Counted from the stretch's first letter, positions 1 to 10,568 are shown. The stretch is 64,000 bases of DNA from an uncultured Clostridia bacterium (GCA_964422395.1 CAYRAO010000007.1:11491-75490); one strand, 5' to 3'. The notes: generated by a model not told the origin, from the letters alone. A program made the numbers and translations.

Positions 1-2776
1 CGATCAAAACACAATCAATCATATCGTTAGTAAAACCTTTGTTAGCTTCAAAAATTATTGATCCGTAATCAGGTGAGAACAGACTATCTTTATCAATGTT
101 TTTTTCAAAGCCAAAACCTTTTCCGTTACCCGAACACATTCTAAACAACGAATAAGCAACACCACCTTCCTTAACGCTACAAGCGGAGATTATCAATCCT
201 TCTTTTATCTTCTCATTAATTTTCTTATAGCCGTCCTTTAAAACTCCGATATCAACCATCTCCTTTTCATCTCTTTCGCTTTTATAAAGAAATACATTAT
301 TTCCCGATTGTTTAAACTCAGGAGATATTATATCTTTGATATCAGCAGTTTGAACCGCAAACGTAATAAGGGTCGGAGGCACATTCAAATCCTTAAATGA
401 TCCGGACATACTGTCTTTACCACCTATAGCGGCAATACTAAACATTTGGTGAGCATAAAACGCCCCTGTCAAAGCCGAAAAGGGTTTCCCCCATTTTACA
501 GGATCATCTCCAAGTTTTTCAAAATACTCCTGCAACGATGTTCGGATGCAAGATAAAGCTCCACCGGTTGCTACAATTTTGGAAACCGCCTCCACTACAG
601 AATAATAAGCACCATGGAACGGACTCCATTTGGAAATTTTGGGATTAAACCCGAAACTCATTAATGTAACGGTTTCGGTTCTCCCTTCCAATACGGGGAT
701 TTTCGCTACCATCGCTTCAATATCGGTAAATTCGTTTTTACCTCCAAGAGGCATAAGAACCGTTCCCGCTCCGATAGAACTGTCAAATCTTTCACTCAAT
801 CCTCTCTGGGTTCCCCTATTAATATCTTTAATAATTTTGATCAGGTTTTCTTTCAACGACTCATTTATTCGTCTCAAATTATATTTTTTAAAATAGTTTT
901 CTTTTTCATCCGGTGAATCAACAATAACCGATGCAGATTGCCTGACACCGTTTGAATCAAGAAAATCTCTTGAAATATTAACTATATTTTCCCCACGCCA
1001 ATACATTCTCAATCTGTTTTTATCCGTTACATTTGCAACCTGAACCGCTTTAAGATTTTCCTCTTCCGCATATGATATAACCTTATCTTTATCAGCTTGA
1101 TCAATAACTATCGCCATCCTTTCCTGTGATTCCGATAATGCCAACTCCGTTCCGTCAAGACCTTCATATTTTTTTGGAATTTTATCAAGATCAATATCAA
1201 GTCCCGGAGCCAACTCTCCTATGGCAACAGAGATACCCCCCGCTCCAAAATCGTTCGATCTCTTTATCAGTTTTGAAAATTCGGGATTCCGGAATAACCT
1301 TTGTAATTTTCTCTCTTCGGGAGGATTGCCTTTCTGTACTTCCGCACCGGCAGTTTCTATGGAAGTTTCATCATGTTCCTTTGACGAACCGGTTGCCCCC
1401 CCGATTCCATCACGACCGGTCATCCCTCCTATAAGCAATATAACATCTCCGATCTCAGGTTCTTCCCTTAAAACATTTCTTTTGGGAACCGCTCCGATAA
1501 CGGCTCCCACTTCCATCCTTTTTGCTACATATCCTTCATCATAAATTTCAAAAACTTTTCCAGTAGCAAGTCCTATCTGATTACCGTAGGAACTGTATCC
1601 TCTTGCTGCTTCCGTAGTAATCTTTCTCTGAGGTAATTTACCCGGTATTGTTTCAGAAATACTTCTTCTCGGATCTCCCGACCCGGTGACCCTCATTGCC
1701 TGATAGACATAAGCTCTTCCCGATAAAGGGTCCCTTATCGCACCACCAAGGCAGGTAGCGGCACCACCGAAAGGTTCGATTTCCGTCGGATGGTTGTGAG
1801 TTTCATTCTTAAACATTATCAGCCATTTTTCCTTCTTTCCGTCTATTACAACATCCCTTTCCATACTACATGCATTGATCTCACCAGATATTTCGAGGTC
1901 ATTTAAAAGACCCTTTTTCCTCAACTCTTTCATACTTAAAGTTGCAATTGACATCAATGTCAAATCCTTATTCTTACCTTTGTAAACTTCATTAAACGAT
2001 TCGATTGTTTTTCCGTATCCTTCAATAATCGGTTTATTGAAATGACCGGATCTAATATCCACTTTTTCAATTTTTGTTTCAAAAGTAGTATGCCTGCAAT
2101 GATCCGACCAGTAAGTATCAAGAATTTTTATTTCCGTAATAGTTGGATTTCTCTTCTCCTCATCCCTAAAATAATTTCTTATAAAAACAATATCTTCCGG
2201 TGACATTGCCAACCTGTTATCTTTAATAAAACTCTGCAATTTCATTTCATCCATTTCACAAAATGAATCCACAATCTTTACATTTTCCGGATTGGCAAAT
2301 CCTTTATCAAGACTTTCTCGTTTCTCAAGAGATGCTTCTCTTGAATCCACGGGATTAATTAAATATTTTTTTATACTTTGCAATTCTTCATTAGTTATTG
2401 AACCCTTGAAAATATAAATTTTCGCAGTAAGTACGGTCGGTCTCTCTTTTAACGTAATAATTTGGATAGCTTGAGATGCGGAATCACCTCTCTGATCATA
2501 TTGACCCGGAAGATATTCAACACCGATAATATGCTCGTCCTCAATCAGATCTATATCCTCAAAATAAACAGTATCGACCGGTGGTTCTGAAAATACCTGT
2601 GCAACAACATCGGTAAAATCATCATCACTAAGCCCCGACACATCATATCTTGCAATAATCCTTAGTGACTCAATATCCTCTATTCCAAAATTATCCTTTA
2701 AATCATTCAGTAAATTTACAGACTCGGTGTCATAACCCTTTTTTTTTTCTACAAAAATCCTCTTCACTTCCGGCAT
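1..2776 (-). CDS. purL: Phosphoribosylformylglycinamidine (FGAM) synthase, large single-chain type. N-terminal ~925 codons are in the window; the 3' end runs off at position 1.
   Basis: The minus-strand frame is open from the ATG at 2776-2774 (RBS GAGGAG upstream) to the window edge, and is absent from the ORF track only because no stop falls in the window. The N-terminus is MPEVKRIFVEKKKGYD... The PurM-like motif GDVILLIGGMTGRDGIGGAT maps near 1440-1381. The glutaminase-domain region is near 60-140. Confidence 0.75.
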   Translation of the reverse strand, partial: MPEVKRIFVEKKKGYDTESVNLLNDLKDNFGIEDIESLRIIARYDVSGLSDDDFTDVVAQVFSEPPVDTVYFEDIDLIEDEHIIGVEYLPGQYDQRGDSASQAIQIITLKERPTVLTAKIYIFKGSITNEELQSIKKYLINPVDSREASLEKRESLDKGFANPENVKIVDSFCEMDEMKLQSFIKDNRLAMSPEDIVFIRNYFRDEEKRNPTITEIKILDTYWSDHCRHTTFETKIEKVDIRSGHFNKPIIEGYGKTIESFNEVYKGKNKDLTLMSIATLSMKELRKKGLLNDLEISGEINACSMERDVVIDGKKEKWLIMFKNETHNHPTEIEPFGGAATCLGGAIRDPLSGRAYVYQAMRVTGSGDPRRSISETIPGKLPQRKITTEAARGYSSYGNQIGLATGKVFEIYDEGYVAKRMEVGAVIGAVPKRNVLREEPEIGDVILLIGGMTGRDGIGGATGSSKEHDETSIETAGAEVQKGNPPEERKLQRLFRNPEFSKLIKRSNDFGAGGISVAIGELAPGLDIDLDKIPKKYEGLDGTELALSESQERMAIVIDQADKDKVISYAEEENLKAVQVANVTDKNRLRMYWRGENIVNISRDFLDSNGVRQSASVIVDSPDEKENYFKKYNLRRINESLKENLIKIIKDINRGTQRGLSERFDSSIGAGTVLMPLGGKNEFTDIEAMVAKIPVLEGRTETVTLMSFGFNPKISKWSPFHGAYYSVVEAVSKIVATGGALSCIRTSLQEYFEKLGDDPVKWGKPFSALTGAFYAHQMFSIAAIGGKDSMSGSFKDLNVPPTLITFAVQTADIKDIISPEFKQSGNNVFLYKSERDEKEMVDIGVLKDGYKKINEKIKEGLIISACSVKEGGVAYSLFRMCSGNGKGFGFEKNIDKDSLFSPDYGSIIFEANKGFTNDMIDCVLI

Positions 2777-2789
2777 AAATCTCCTCTGA

Positions 2790-2838
2790 CCAAATTATAA
2801 CACAAAACAGTTAGGGACGGTGCTTTATTTACCGTCCC
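2790..2838 (-). terminator. Possible rho-independent terminator overlapping the stop codon of the 2825-3682 gene.
   Basis: Plus-strand hairpin GGGACGGT-gctttattt-ACCGTCCC at 2814-2838. On the minus strand it is followed by the T-rich tract TAACTGTTTTGTGTT. Confidence 0.3.
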
Positions 2839-3682
2839 ATCCGGATAGTCTTGCCATTAACCACCAGAAAGCTTTCCCTTTATTTTCACAACTCTCGAAT
2901 GTGGTATGCCCTGCCTGATTTCCACTATAGTGAGGATGCTCCATGGGAATACCACCCTCTTTATGCTGTACACCGTTGTACCAACAATCAAGATCGGCAA
3001 AATCAAAAAGAACCTTTTTATTCTCTCTGCAATATCTCCTGATCTGCTCATTCCTGTCATATCTGCCCCTTTCAGCAGACTGAGCATTTCCGGTCATATA
3101 TACAAATGTTACATGAGGAAACTCTTTTTCAAGTTTTGATATTTCTTTAAAATACTCTTCAAGTTCAGATGACGAATAGTAATCCATTTGGGAACACCAT
3201 GCAAAAATTGAGACATTCACATTGTGACTTTTCAGCATGGACCTCGTTAAATTACGCCCGTTTTCCGATTTCCAATACAGATCAGGCGAGACATATGTTT
3301 CGCAATTTGTTCCGGTTTTTTGACCATCCATCAACGAAAGGTGATCGGAAGTATCGGGCACGGTACAATTGTCCGGATAATAATTATACTTTACTCCTTG
3401 CCGTGCAGAATAAGAAAAATTGCCATTCATTAATCGCTCAAGACCTGTCATAATTTGACTTCCATGTGACGTATGGCAATAGTGGACATTAATTATTTCC
3501 TTCACTTTCTTAATCCACTTATCAGGAATTGATCCGATATTGGTAGAATTATGATCCGCTACTATGAATTTCTTTCCACTCGGAAGTTCATCACCGTTGT
3601 TATTTGAATCTTCACTTGAACTGCAATAAGTTATTGGAAGAAACAACATAGATATCAAAATAAAATAATAGAAAAATTTCAT
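2825..3682 (-). CDS. Secreted Cys-rich hypothetical protein with an N-terminal signal peptide. Function not recognised.
   Basis: 285-aa ORF. The hydrophobic N-terminus [24 protein letters not shown] looks like a signal peptide. There are many Cys/Trp/Tyr residues. RBS GGGAGG sits 6 nt before the ATG. Confidence 0.6.
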   Translation of the reverse strand: MKFFYYFILISMLFLPITYCSSSEDSNNNGDELPSGKKFIVADHNSTNIGSIPDKWIKKVKEIINVHYCHTSHGSQIMTGLERLMNGNFSYSARQGVKYNYYPDNCTVPDTSDHLSLMDGQKTGTNCETYVSPDLYWKSENGRNLTRSMLKSHNVNVSIFAWCSQMDYYSSSELEEYFKEISKLEKEFPHVTFVYMTGNAQSAERGRYDRNEQIRRYCRENKKVLFDFADLDCWYNGVQHKEGGIPMEHPHYSGNQAGHTTFESCENKGKAFWWLMARLSGWDGK

Positions 3683-3701
3683 AAGACCTCCCTCATTTTA
3701 T

Positions 3702-3730
3702 AATATATATTAAAAGTAAAAATCTCTCAA
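3702..3730 (-). promoter_or_regulatory. Candidate sigma70-type promoter for the 2825-3682 gene.
   Basis: On the minus strand: TTGAGA - 17 nt - TATATT, about 20 nt upstream of the RBS/ATG. Located in the 54-bp gap after purB. Confidence 0.3.
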
Positions 3731-3736
3731 AAATTT

Positions 3737-5035
3737 TTAGTATTCTTTTTCAAATCTTTTGAAAATCTTTTCAATACCCGATAAGAGAGACTTCTCGGAA
3801 AAGGCATCTTCAAGTTCTTCGCTTGAGCACAATTCACCTATTTTTTCATCTTCGAAGATAAGTTTTCTGAAACTTATCTTCTCCGTCCACGATCTCATTG
3901 CATTCTTTTGAACCATTTCGTAAACCTTTTGTCTTGGTATTCCTTTATCCAAAAGGAGAGTAAGAATCCTTTGCGAGTAATAAACTTCATTGGTTATATC
4001 GAGATTCCTTTTCACATTTTCAGGATAAACCACCAGCCCTTCGAGGACAAACTTAATATCATCAATCATTAAGGAAACAAGATGAAAAGAATCGGGAAAT
4101 ATCACCCTCTCTGCAGAAGAATGTGAAATATCCCTCTCATGCCATAATACGTTATTCTCCATTGCAACAGTAAGATTCCCACGCAATATTCTGGCAAATC
4201 CCGATATCCTTTCACACTTAACCGGATTACGTTTATGAGGCATTGAGGAGGAGCCTTTTTGTCCCTTTGCAAACGGTTCTTCCGCTTCAAGAACATCCGT
4301 CCGCTGAAGGTGTCTGATTTCCACAGCTATCTTTTCAAAAGCACTCCCAAGTGATGCAAGAACAAACATAACCTCCATATGTCTGTCTCTCTGAACAATT
4401 TGAGTAGAAACTTTACACGGTTTAAGATCAAGATTTTCAAGTGCTTCTTTTTCTCCTTCGGGGGGAAAATGGATATATGTTCCTACCGACCCTGAAATCT
4501 TTCCCACTGAGATAGTCTCAATAGCATTTTCCAACCTTTTAATATTCCTGATCAATTCTTCATACCAAATCAAATACTTTATTCCAAAAACAACAGGCTC
4601 GGCATGAATTCCGTGCGTTCTTCCGATGGAAACCAAGTCTTTGTATTTAAAAGCTCCCTTAAGTATAGTCTTTTTTAAATCCATACACTTTTTCGCTATA
4701 TAAGAAAGAGATTCTTTCAGTAAAAGGGAGAGAGCCGTATCCACTATATCATACGATGTAATCCCCTTGTGAATGTAAGCGGAATCCGCTCCGACAAATT
4801 CTTCGACCGAAGTAAGAAATGCAATTACATCATGCTTAACCTTTTTCTCTATTTCATCAATTCTTTTTATATCAAAACCGGCATTTTTCCTGATATTTTC
4901 CATACTATCATCCGGTACCTCTCCCCGATTATGCCAAACTTCGGTTATCGCAATCTCAACATCAAGCCATTTTCTGAATTTATTTTCAGGACTCCATATT
5001 TTTTTTATTGTTTCCGATTCGTATCTCTCTATCAT
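3737..5035 (-). CDS. purB: Adenylosuccinate lyase
   Basis: 432 aa with the N-terminus MIERYESETIKKIWSPENKFRKWLDVEI. The fumarate-lyase signature GSSSMPHKRNP is present. Confidence 0.93.
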   Translation of the reverse strand: MIERYESETIKKIWSPENKFRKWLDVEIAITEVWHNRGEVPDDSMENIRKNAGFDIKRIDEIEKKVKHDVIAFLTSVEEFVGADSAYIHKGITSYDIVDTALSLLLKESLSYIAKKCMDLKKTILKGAFKYKDLVSIGRTHGIHAEPVVFGIKYLIWYEELIRNIKRLENAIETISVGKISGSVGTYIHFPPEGEKEALENLDLKPCKVSTQIVQRDRHMEVMFVLASLGSAFEKIAVEIRHLQRTDVLEAEEPFAKGQKGSSSMPHKRNPVKCERISGFARILRGNLTVAMENNVLWHERDISHSSAERVIFPDSFHLVSLMIDDIKFVLEGLVVYPENVKRNLDITNEVYYSQRILTLLLDKGIPRQKVYEMVQKNAMRSWTEKISFRKLIFEDEKIGELCSSEELEDAFSEKSLLSGIEKIFKRFEKEY

Positions 5036-5061
5036 TTTTCCCCCGATAGTCGTTTAATAAA

Positions 5062-6222
5062 TCATCTGTTATGAACCTTTGAAAGAGCTTTTGCAACAAG
5101 TTCATCATATCGCTCGACGGAATAGTTCTTTGCACAGAATTCAATAGCACTCTTTGAAACCTTCTTCCCCTTAACAGAAACAGCTTCCATTATCCCACGA
5201 GCAAAATCTTCCGCATCGGCTTTTTTTAATATAGCTATATCATCCGTTATCGTCTGAGTATGAGTATAAAGATCCGTTGCAACAAGAGGAACACCGCTTT
5301 TTAAATAAGAATATATTTTTAAAGGAATATTCGTCCCCAAAATTCTCGGAGAGACAAGAACATCCGAAATATTAAGATAGTAGGGAATGTCACTCGGATC
5401 TCGGCTTCCCAAAAGTATCACTTTCTTGAAAAGTCCCCTTTTATCAATTTCTTCTTTTAACCTCTCCACTTGAATAGGCTTTCCCCCAATTAGTATTAAT
5501 TTAAAACTATCATCAAGAATTTCCATACACTCAAGTAGAAGCGGAATACCCTGATACGCTTCTAAGGTACCCGCATAGGTAATAACTCTTTTCCCTTCCG
5601 AATTTAACTCGGTTTTATATCTCTTTAACTTTTTTTTATCAAGATTTTTTGGAGTTTCATCAATAAAATTTTCTATGATAGTCAGTTTGCCACTGTCCGT
5701 AATTTTTGAAGCGTAGTTAAAAAGAGACTTACAGATAACAATAACCGAACGGGCATTTCCAAGAGAAATCTTCTCAATCTTCCTGAATACCGATGTTACA
5801 AAATTAGATTTTGTAAATTGAAAATTATCCATCTGTTGGACAAGAGAAGAGTGCATATCGTACAGATGAGGAGTTCCCGTCAGTTTACTAAAAAATGCCC
5901 CCATAATATTAGCTTCCTCATGAGTATGAATAATGTCGTATCTTTTTCTCAACAATCTCCATGCGGCTTTAAAAAACAAAAAAAAATCCAAAAAAATTTT
6001 AGATCCCGATGGTCCCGTTTTAACCGATTTTACAAAAGGAGGTTTCAAACATCTGAAAATTTTCAAACCTTTAACGCTCTTGTCTTCCCCTATCGGATAT
6101 GTAACAAGATCAATCTCGTGACCGAGCCTGGAGAGAGATTTAATTCTGAAATATTCCGAGAATGGAGTACCCCTCGGTTCAAAGAACGGTTCAGGAGCAA
6201 TCATTAATATTTTCATCTTCAA
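5062..6222 (-). CDS. Glycosyltransferase family 4 (GT-B, retaining)
   Basis: 386 aa. N-terminus MKILMIAPEPFFEPRGTPFS and a C-terminal GT1/GT4 fold pattern, including EAxxxGxPxVAT-like VPLVATD. Confidence 0.8.
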   Translation of the reverse strand: MKMKILMIAPEPFFEPRGTPFSEYFRIKSLSRLGHEIDLVTYPIGEDKSVKGLKIFRCLKPPFVKSVKTGPSGSKIFLDFFLFFKAAWRLLRKRYDIIHTHEEANIMGAFFSKLTGTPHLYDMHSSLVQQMDNFQFTKSNFVTSVFRKIEKISLGNARSVIVICKSLFNYASKITDSGKLTIIENFIDETPKNLDKKKLKRYKTELNSEGKRVITYAGTLEAYQGIPLLLECMEILDDSFKLILIGGKPIQVERLKEEIDKRGLFKKVILLGSRDPSDIPYYLNISDVLVSPRILGTNIPLKIYSYLKSGVPLVATDLYTHTQTITDDIAILKKADAEDFARGIMEAVSVKGKKVSKSAIEFCAKNYSVERYDELVAKALSKVHNR

Positions 6223-7165
6223 ATCCGAAAGTTTCCCTTATTGTGTACACATTTTTATTCAATCCTTCATGATAAATTCTAGTTAACATTTCGGCAATCA
6301 AACCGAGTGTAATAATCTGGAATCCCAAAAACAATATCAAAACCGTAAATGTCAGAAGGGGTCTTGCAGCAGATTTTCCAAGAAAATATTTTTCATACGT
6401 AATATACAGTCCGGTCAAAAACCCGCTACCCATCATAACCATTCCGAGAGGTCCGAAAACTTGGAGCGGTCGATGTGAAAAAGAGAGGAGATATTTAATA
6501 GAGATAAGATCCAGAATCACCCTGAAAGTCCTTCCGATACCGTATTTTGACTTTCCGAACCGTCTCTCCCTATGGTTTACACACAACTCTATAGACTCAA
6601 TACCTATTCGTGATGCAAGTGCAGGAATATAGCGGTGCATTTCCCCGTATAATTTTAAATTTTTCACGACATCTCTTTTAAATCCCCTCAATGTACAACC
6701 ATAATCATGAAGTTTCACCTTTGTTATAAAAGATATAAGTTTATTTCCGAAAAAAGACGGAATCTTTTTTGAAAGACTGTCTTTTCTCTTCTTCCTCCAA
6801 CCGTTTACTATATCATACCCCTCATCAAGCTTCTCTACCAACTTCGGTATGTCCGCAGGATCATTTTGAAGATCCGCATCGAGATTAACTATATAGTCAC
6901 CGTTGCAGAGATCGAATCCGGCTGAAATTGCAGAACTTTGTCCGAAATTCTTCCTGAAATTTATGATTTTGACTCTCTTGTCATTCACCCTCAGCTCTTT
7001 CAATTTTTGCAAAGATTTATCAGTGCTTCCGTCATTTATAAATATGATTTCATGATCAGGGATGAATCCTTCAAGAACTTTTTTTATTTCACCGTGGAGA
7101 ATAACAACGTTATCCTCCTCATTATAAACTGGAATAACTATTGACAGGGAGTTTTTATTTTTCAT
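6191..7165 (-). CDS. GT2 polyprenyl-phosphate sugar synthase (GtrB/ArnC/DPM1-like) with C-terminal TM helices
   Basis: SIVIPVYNEE...INDGSTD DXD-type GT2 core, then two C-terminal TM segments. The likely start is MKNKNS at 7165; the track ORF begins at 7183. Confidence 0.85.
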   Translation of the reverse strand: MKNKNSLSIVIPVYNEEDNVVILHGEIKKVLEGFIPDHEIIFINDGSTDKSLQKLKELRVNDKRVKIINFRKNFGQSSAISAGFDLCNGDYIVNLDADLQNDPADIPKLVEKLDEGYDIVNGWRKKRKDSLSKKIPSFFGNKLISFITKVKLHDYGCTLRGFKRDVVKNLKLYGEMHRYIPALASRIGIESIELCVNHRERRFGKSKYGIGRTFRVILDLISIKYLLSFSHRPLQVFGPLGMVMMGSGFLTGLYITYEKYFLGKSAARPLLTFTVLILFLGFQIITLGLIAEMLTRIYHEGLNKNVYTIRETFGFEDENINDCS

Positions 7166-7451
7166 TGATATACCCCAACTCACTAAGTTTTCTCAAAACA
7201 TCGTTTTTATCCACATCACGTTTCAACTCGACATCGGCAAGAGGATGTAAAATTTTCCCCAGTTTTATCCTGCCCCATATTCTTTCATGAAAAAAATATG
7301 CAGTTAACTTTATGACCATATCAAGACCCCCGATTTCAATGGCAAGTTTCATTTCACCCGTAAACAAGTAGGCAATACTTGCAGTAATAAAAGTGGCAAT
7401 CACCCTCCAGCTTATAGCTTTTAAAATACTTCTCGTGTTGGTTTCTTTCAT
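7155..7451 (-). CDS. Small two-TM membrane protein (DUF2061-like)
   Basis: 98 aa with KAISWRVIATFITASIAYLFTG and a second TM helix. Its stop overlaps the GT2 start. Confidence 0.5.
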   Translation of the reverse strand: MKETNTRSILKAISWRVIATFITASIAYLFTGEMKLAIEIGGLDMVIKLTAYFFHERIWGRIKLGKILHPLADVELKRDVDKNDVLRKLSELGYINEK

Positions 7452-7538
7452 TGGATTTTCTCAGCTTCTTTTGGAAAGGATTATACATTCTTTGAACTAT
7501 TATTTCAACAATCCCATTTTGTTGTATTAGTGGATTTG

Positions 7539-9305
7539 CTACTTCTTTTCAATTTGATCGTTAGAAAACTTTATCCCCAATTCATTCAGTTGTTTTTCCG
7601 ATACGGTGGAAGGTGATCCGGTTAAAAGACACAGAGATGAAGTGGTTTTTGGAAATGAAATTACTTCCCTTATCGATTCTTCTCCGGTTAGAAGCATAAC
7701 AATTCTATCCATACCGAGTGCAATTCCAAGATGCGGTGGAGCTCCGTATTGCAAAGCATCAATAAAGAATCCGAATTTATACTCAATTTCTCTATCAGAT
7801 AACTTTAACAACTTAAATATTTTTTTTTGAAGATTGACATCGTTTATCCTTCTGCTTCCGCCTCCGATCTCAACTCCATTTAGTACAAGGTCATATGCTA
7901 TTGAATTGACCTTGAGAGGATCGGAATCAAGGAATTCAATATCCTCTAACTTTGGAGATGTGAAAGGGTGGTGGTTGGAATCATATCTCTCTTCCTCTTC
8001 GTTGTAGAAGAAAAGCGGAAAATCGACGACCCAGAGAAACTCCAAACGATCTTCATCTATCATACTTTTTCCAAGGTATTCTCTAAGTTTCCCTGTCAGC
8101 AAAAGGGCTTCATCTTTTTTACCACCAATAAGAAATACTATATTATTTCGATTAACGGATTCGGTATTAAAAAAATTTTCAATTGCAGAACTTTCCAGTT
8201 TTAGGGAGGACTTGTAACCGTTTTCTCCAAACTTCATCCATATGGCTCCCGCACCTCCCGACTCCCTTACATACTCATTTATTTCATCCAGCCTTTTTCT
8301 TGAATAATCCGCTCCATTCTCCAACACAAGACCTTCAACCGAATTTCCCTTATTAATAATGGAATCAAGTATATTTGAGCCAAGCTTGCCGGCACTCTTC
8401 GTAAAATTCTTTATCTCAAGAGGAATTCTCAGGTCCGGTTTATCCGTACCATATTTTTCCATTGCTTCTTTATAAGAAATCGTCCTGAATTTATTTTCTG
8501 TCTTTTTACCCGCCACAGAGAAAATATTCTTAATCAAACCTTCGGTAATTTCAAAAAGTTCTTCGGGCTCTCCGAAACTCATTTCAATATCAATCTGAGT
8601 AAATTCAGGCTGCCTGTCAGCTCTAAGATCTTCATCTCTGAAACATTTGACAATTTGATAATACCTCTCGAAACCGGATATCATAAGTAGTTGTTTGAAT
8701 AGTTGAGGTGATTGAGGAAGAGCGAACACTTTTCCTTTATAAACTCTGGAAGGCACCAAATAATCACGAGCTCCCTCCGGTGTTGCTTTTGTAAGCATGG
8801 GAGTCCCAATATCCATAAAACCAGCCGAGCTAAGATAGTTCCGCACTTTGAGATTCACTTCACTTCTAATCTTGAAATTTTTCTGTAACCTTTTGCTTCT
8901 CAAATCAAGATAACGGTATTTGAAACGTAACTCTTCGGAAACTCCGTCGTTATTCTCAGGAAAAAACGGAGGCAAAAGAGAAGAGTTAAGAACCGTTATT
9001 TCTTTAGCAAGAAGTTCTATATTGCCGGTAAACATTTCGGGATTTGGATTGGATCTTTTTACGATTTCTCCACTTACGGAAATAACATATTCATTTGAAA
9101 TATCTTTAACAATATTTTTTTCTTTAAAATTTTCATCAATAACAATTTGAAGAATACCCTCTCTGTCACGTAAATCCAAAAAAGTCAATCCGCCTAATTC
9201 CCTTTTTTTATTTATCCACCCGTAAACCGTTACATTTTTTCCAAGATGGGATTCGTTTATCTCCCCGCAATACAATTCTCTCCTCAACAATTTTTTTCCA
9301 GCCAT
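7539..9305 (-). CDS. aspS: Aspartyl-tRNA synthetase
   Basis: 588 aa. N-terminal OB-fold sequence LRRELYCGEIN...GWINKKRELGGLTFLDLRDREG. Class II motifs include FRDEDLRADRQPEFTQIDIEMSF and GGGSRRI. Confidence 0.95.
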   Translation of the reverse strand: MAGKKLLRRELYCGEINESHLGKNVTVYGWINKKRELGGLTFLDLRDREGILQIVIDENFKEKNIVKDISNEYVISVSGEIVKRSNPNPEMFTGNIELLAKEITVLNSSLLPPFFPENNDGVSEELRFKYRYLDLRSKRLQKNFKIRSEVNLKVRNYLSSAGFMDIGTPMLTKATPEGARDYLVPSRVYKGKVFALPQSPQLFKQLLMISGFERYYQIVKCFRDEDLRADRQPEFTQIDIEMSFGEPEELFEITEGLIKNIFSVAGKKTENKFRTISYKEAMEKYGTDKPDLRIPLEIKNFTKSAGKLGSNILDSIINKGNSVEGLVLENGADYSRKRLDEINEYVRESGGAGAIWMKFGENGYKSSLKLESSAIENFFNTESVNRNNIVFLIGGKKDEALLLTGKLREYLGKSMIDEDRLEFLWVVDFPLFFYNEEEERYDSNHHPFTSPKLEDIEFLDSDPLKVNSIAYDLVLNGVEIGGGSRRINDVNLQKKIFKLLKLSDREIEYKFGFFIDALQYGAPPHLGIALGMDRIVMLLTGEESIREVISFPKTTSSLCLLTGSPSTVSEKQLNELGIKFSNDQIEKK

Positions 9306-10540
9306 TCGTCAAGATCTCCCTTTTTTATTTTTATCTGATCCCTTGTTGCAAAATTTTTGATTGATATTTCACCATTTTTCAATTCATCTTCCGCCAAAAT
9401 AAGTGCAAAATCAGCTCCGAATTTCATACCTTTCTGTAGTTGCTTCCCCATTTTTTTAGTTGAATAATCTTGGTAAACCACAAGCCCTCTCTTTCTCAAT
9501 CGGTTTGAAAGCTTAAACGCTTCCGTCATAGCTTCCATTCCGTGATATGCAATAATGAGTTTTTTTGCATTTTCTGAAGGATGTCCTTTCATACTGAGTA
9601 AAATCCTTTCAATTCCTCCGGAAAATCCGATTCCCGGGATATCCTGCCCTCCCAACTCTTTGACAAGGTTATTGTATCTTCCACCACCCAATACGGCATT
9701 TTGAGCACCCAATTCCGAAGATGTGATTTCAAATGCGGTTTTTGTGTAGTAATCAAGACCTCTTACCAACTCTTTATTTTCAATAAAATCCAGTTTAAGT
9801 AATAAAAGATTCTTTTTCACGGTATCATAGTGAGAGTCGCAATCATCACAAAGATGGTCGGTGATCTTCGGAAGACCTTTTGCAATATCCGTGCATGACT
9901 GAACCTTACAGTCAAATATCCTTAAAGGATTTGCATTAATCTTCCTCTGGCAATCCTTACAAAAATTATCACGATTTTTCTCTGCATCGGACTTCAATTT
10001 ATTAATGAATTCTGGTCTGCAATTCGGACAACCTACGGAATTAATATAGAGATTTATTTTCTTTAAATTCAGAGTATTAAGAAAATCTACAGCAGAAAAA
10101 ATTACTTCCGCATCAAGATAGGGAGAGTTATCTCCGAATACCTCAACTCCGAATTGATGAAATTGTCTAAAACGTCCCTTCTGCGGTTTATCATATCTGA
10201 ACATCGGACCGATATAAAAAAATCTTTGAGGGAACACTTTATCCATTAAATTATTCTCTACCAATGCTCTTACTACTGATGCAGTATTTTCGGGACGAAG
10301 CGTCATATCTCTACCCGCCAAATCTTTGAAGTTATACATCTCTTTTTGAACAACCTCAGTTTCACTCCCGATTCCTCTGTGGAAAAGTTCACTCCTTTCA
10401 AATATAGGAGTCCTTATCTCTTTATAGCCGAATAACTTGAAGTATTCTCTTATGCTATTTTCCAAATATTGCCATCTCTCAACTTCCGGCGTGAAAATAT
10501 CTTTTGTACCTTTAGGTGCATTTAACTTATTCATAAGCAT
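9284..10540 (-). CDS. hisS: Histidyl-tRNA synthetase
   Basis: 418 aa. KGTKDIFTPEVERW, RPENTASVVRA and the GGGRYNNL motif are present. It overlaps the aspS start by 22 nt. Confidence 0.93.
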   Translation of the reverse strand: MLMNKLNAPKGTKDIFTPEVERWQYLENSIREYFKLFGYKEIRTPIFERSELFHRGIGSETEVVQKEMYNFKDLAGRDMTLRPENTASVVRALVENNLMDKVFPQRFFYIGPMFRYDKPQKGRFRQFHQFGVEVFGDNSPYLDAEVIFSAVDFLNTLNLKKINLYINSVGCPNCRPEFINKLKSDAEKNRDNFCKDCQRKINANPLRIFDCKVQSCTDIAKGLPKITDHLCDDCDSHYDTVKKNLLLLKLDFIENKELVRGLDYYTKTAFEITSSELGAQNAVLGGGRYNNLVKELGGQDIPGIGFSGGIERILLSMKGHPSENAKKLIIAYHGMEAMTEAFKLSNRLRKRGLVVYQDYSTKKMGKQLQKGMKFGADFALILAEDELKNGEISIKNFATRDQIKIKKGDLDEWLEKNC

Positions 10541-10568
10541 TCCGATTTATTATTCGTATCCATTTATT

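Noticed and set aside
630-1544. Three plus-strand ORFs (88-107 aa) in the track
   Set aside because: They lie antisense inside the long open minus-strand purL frame and have no RBS or recognisable motifs.
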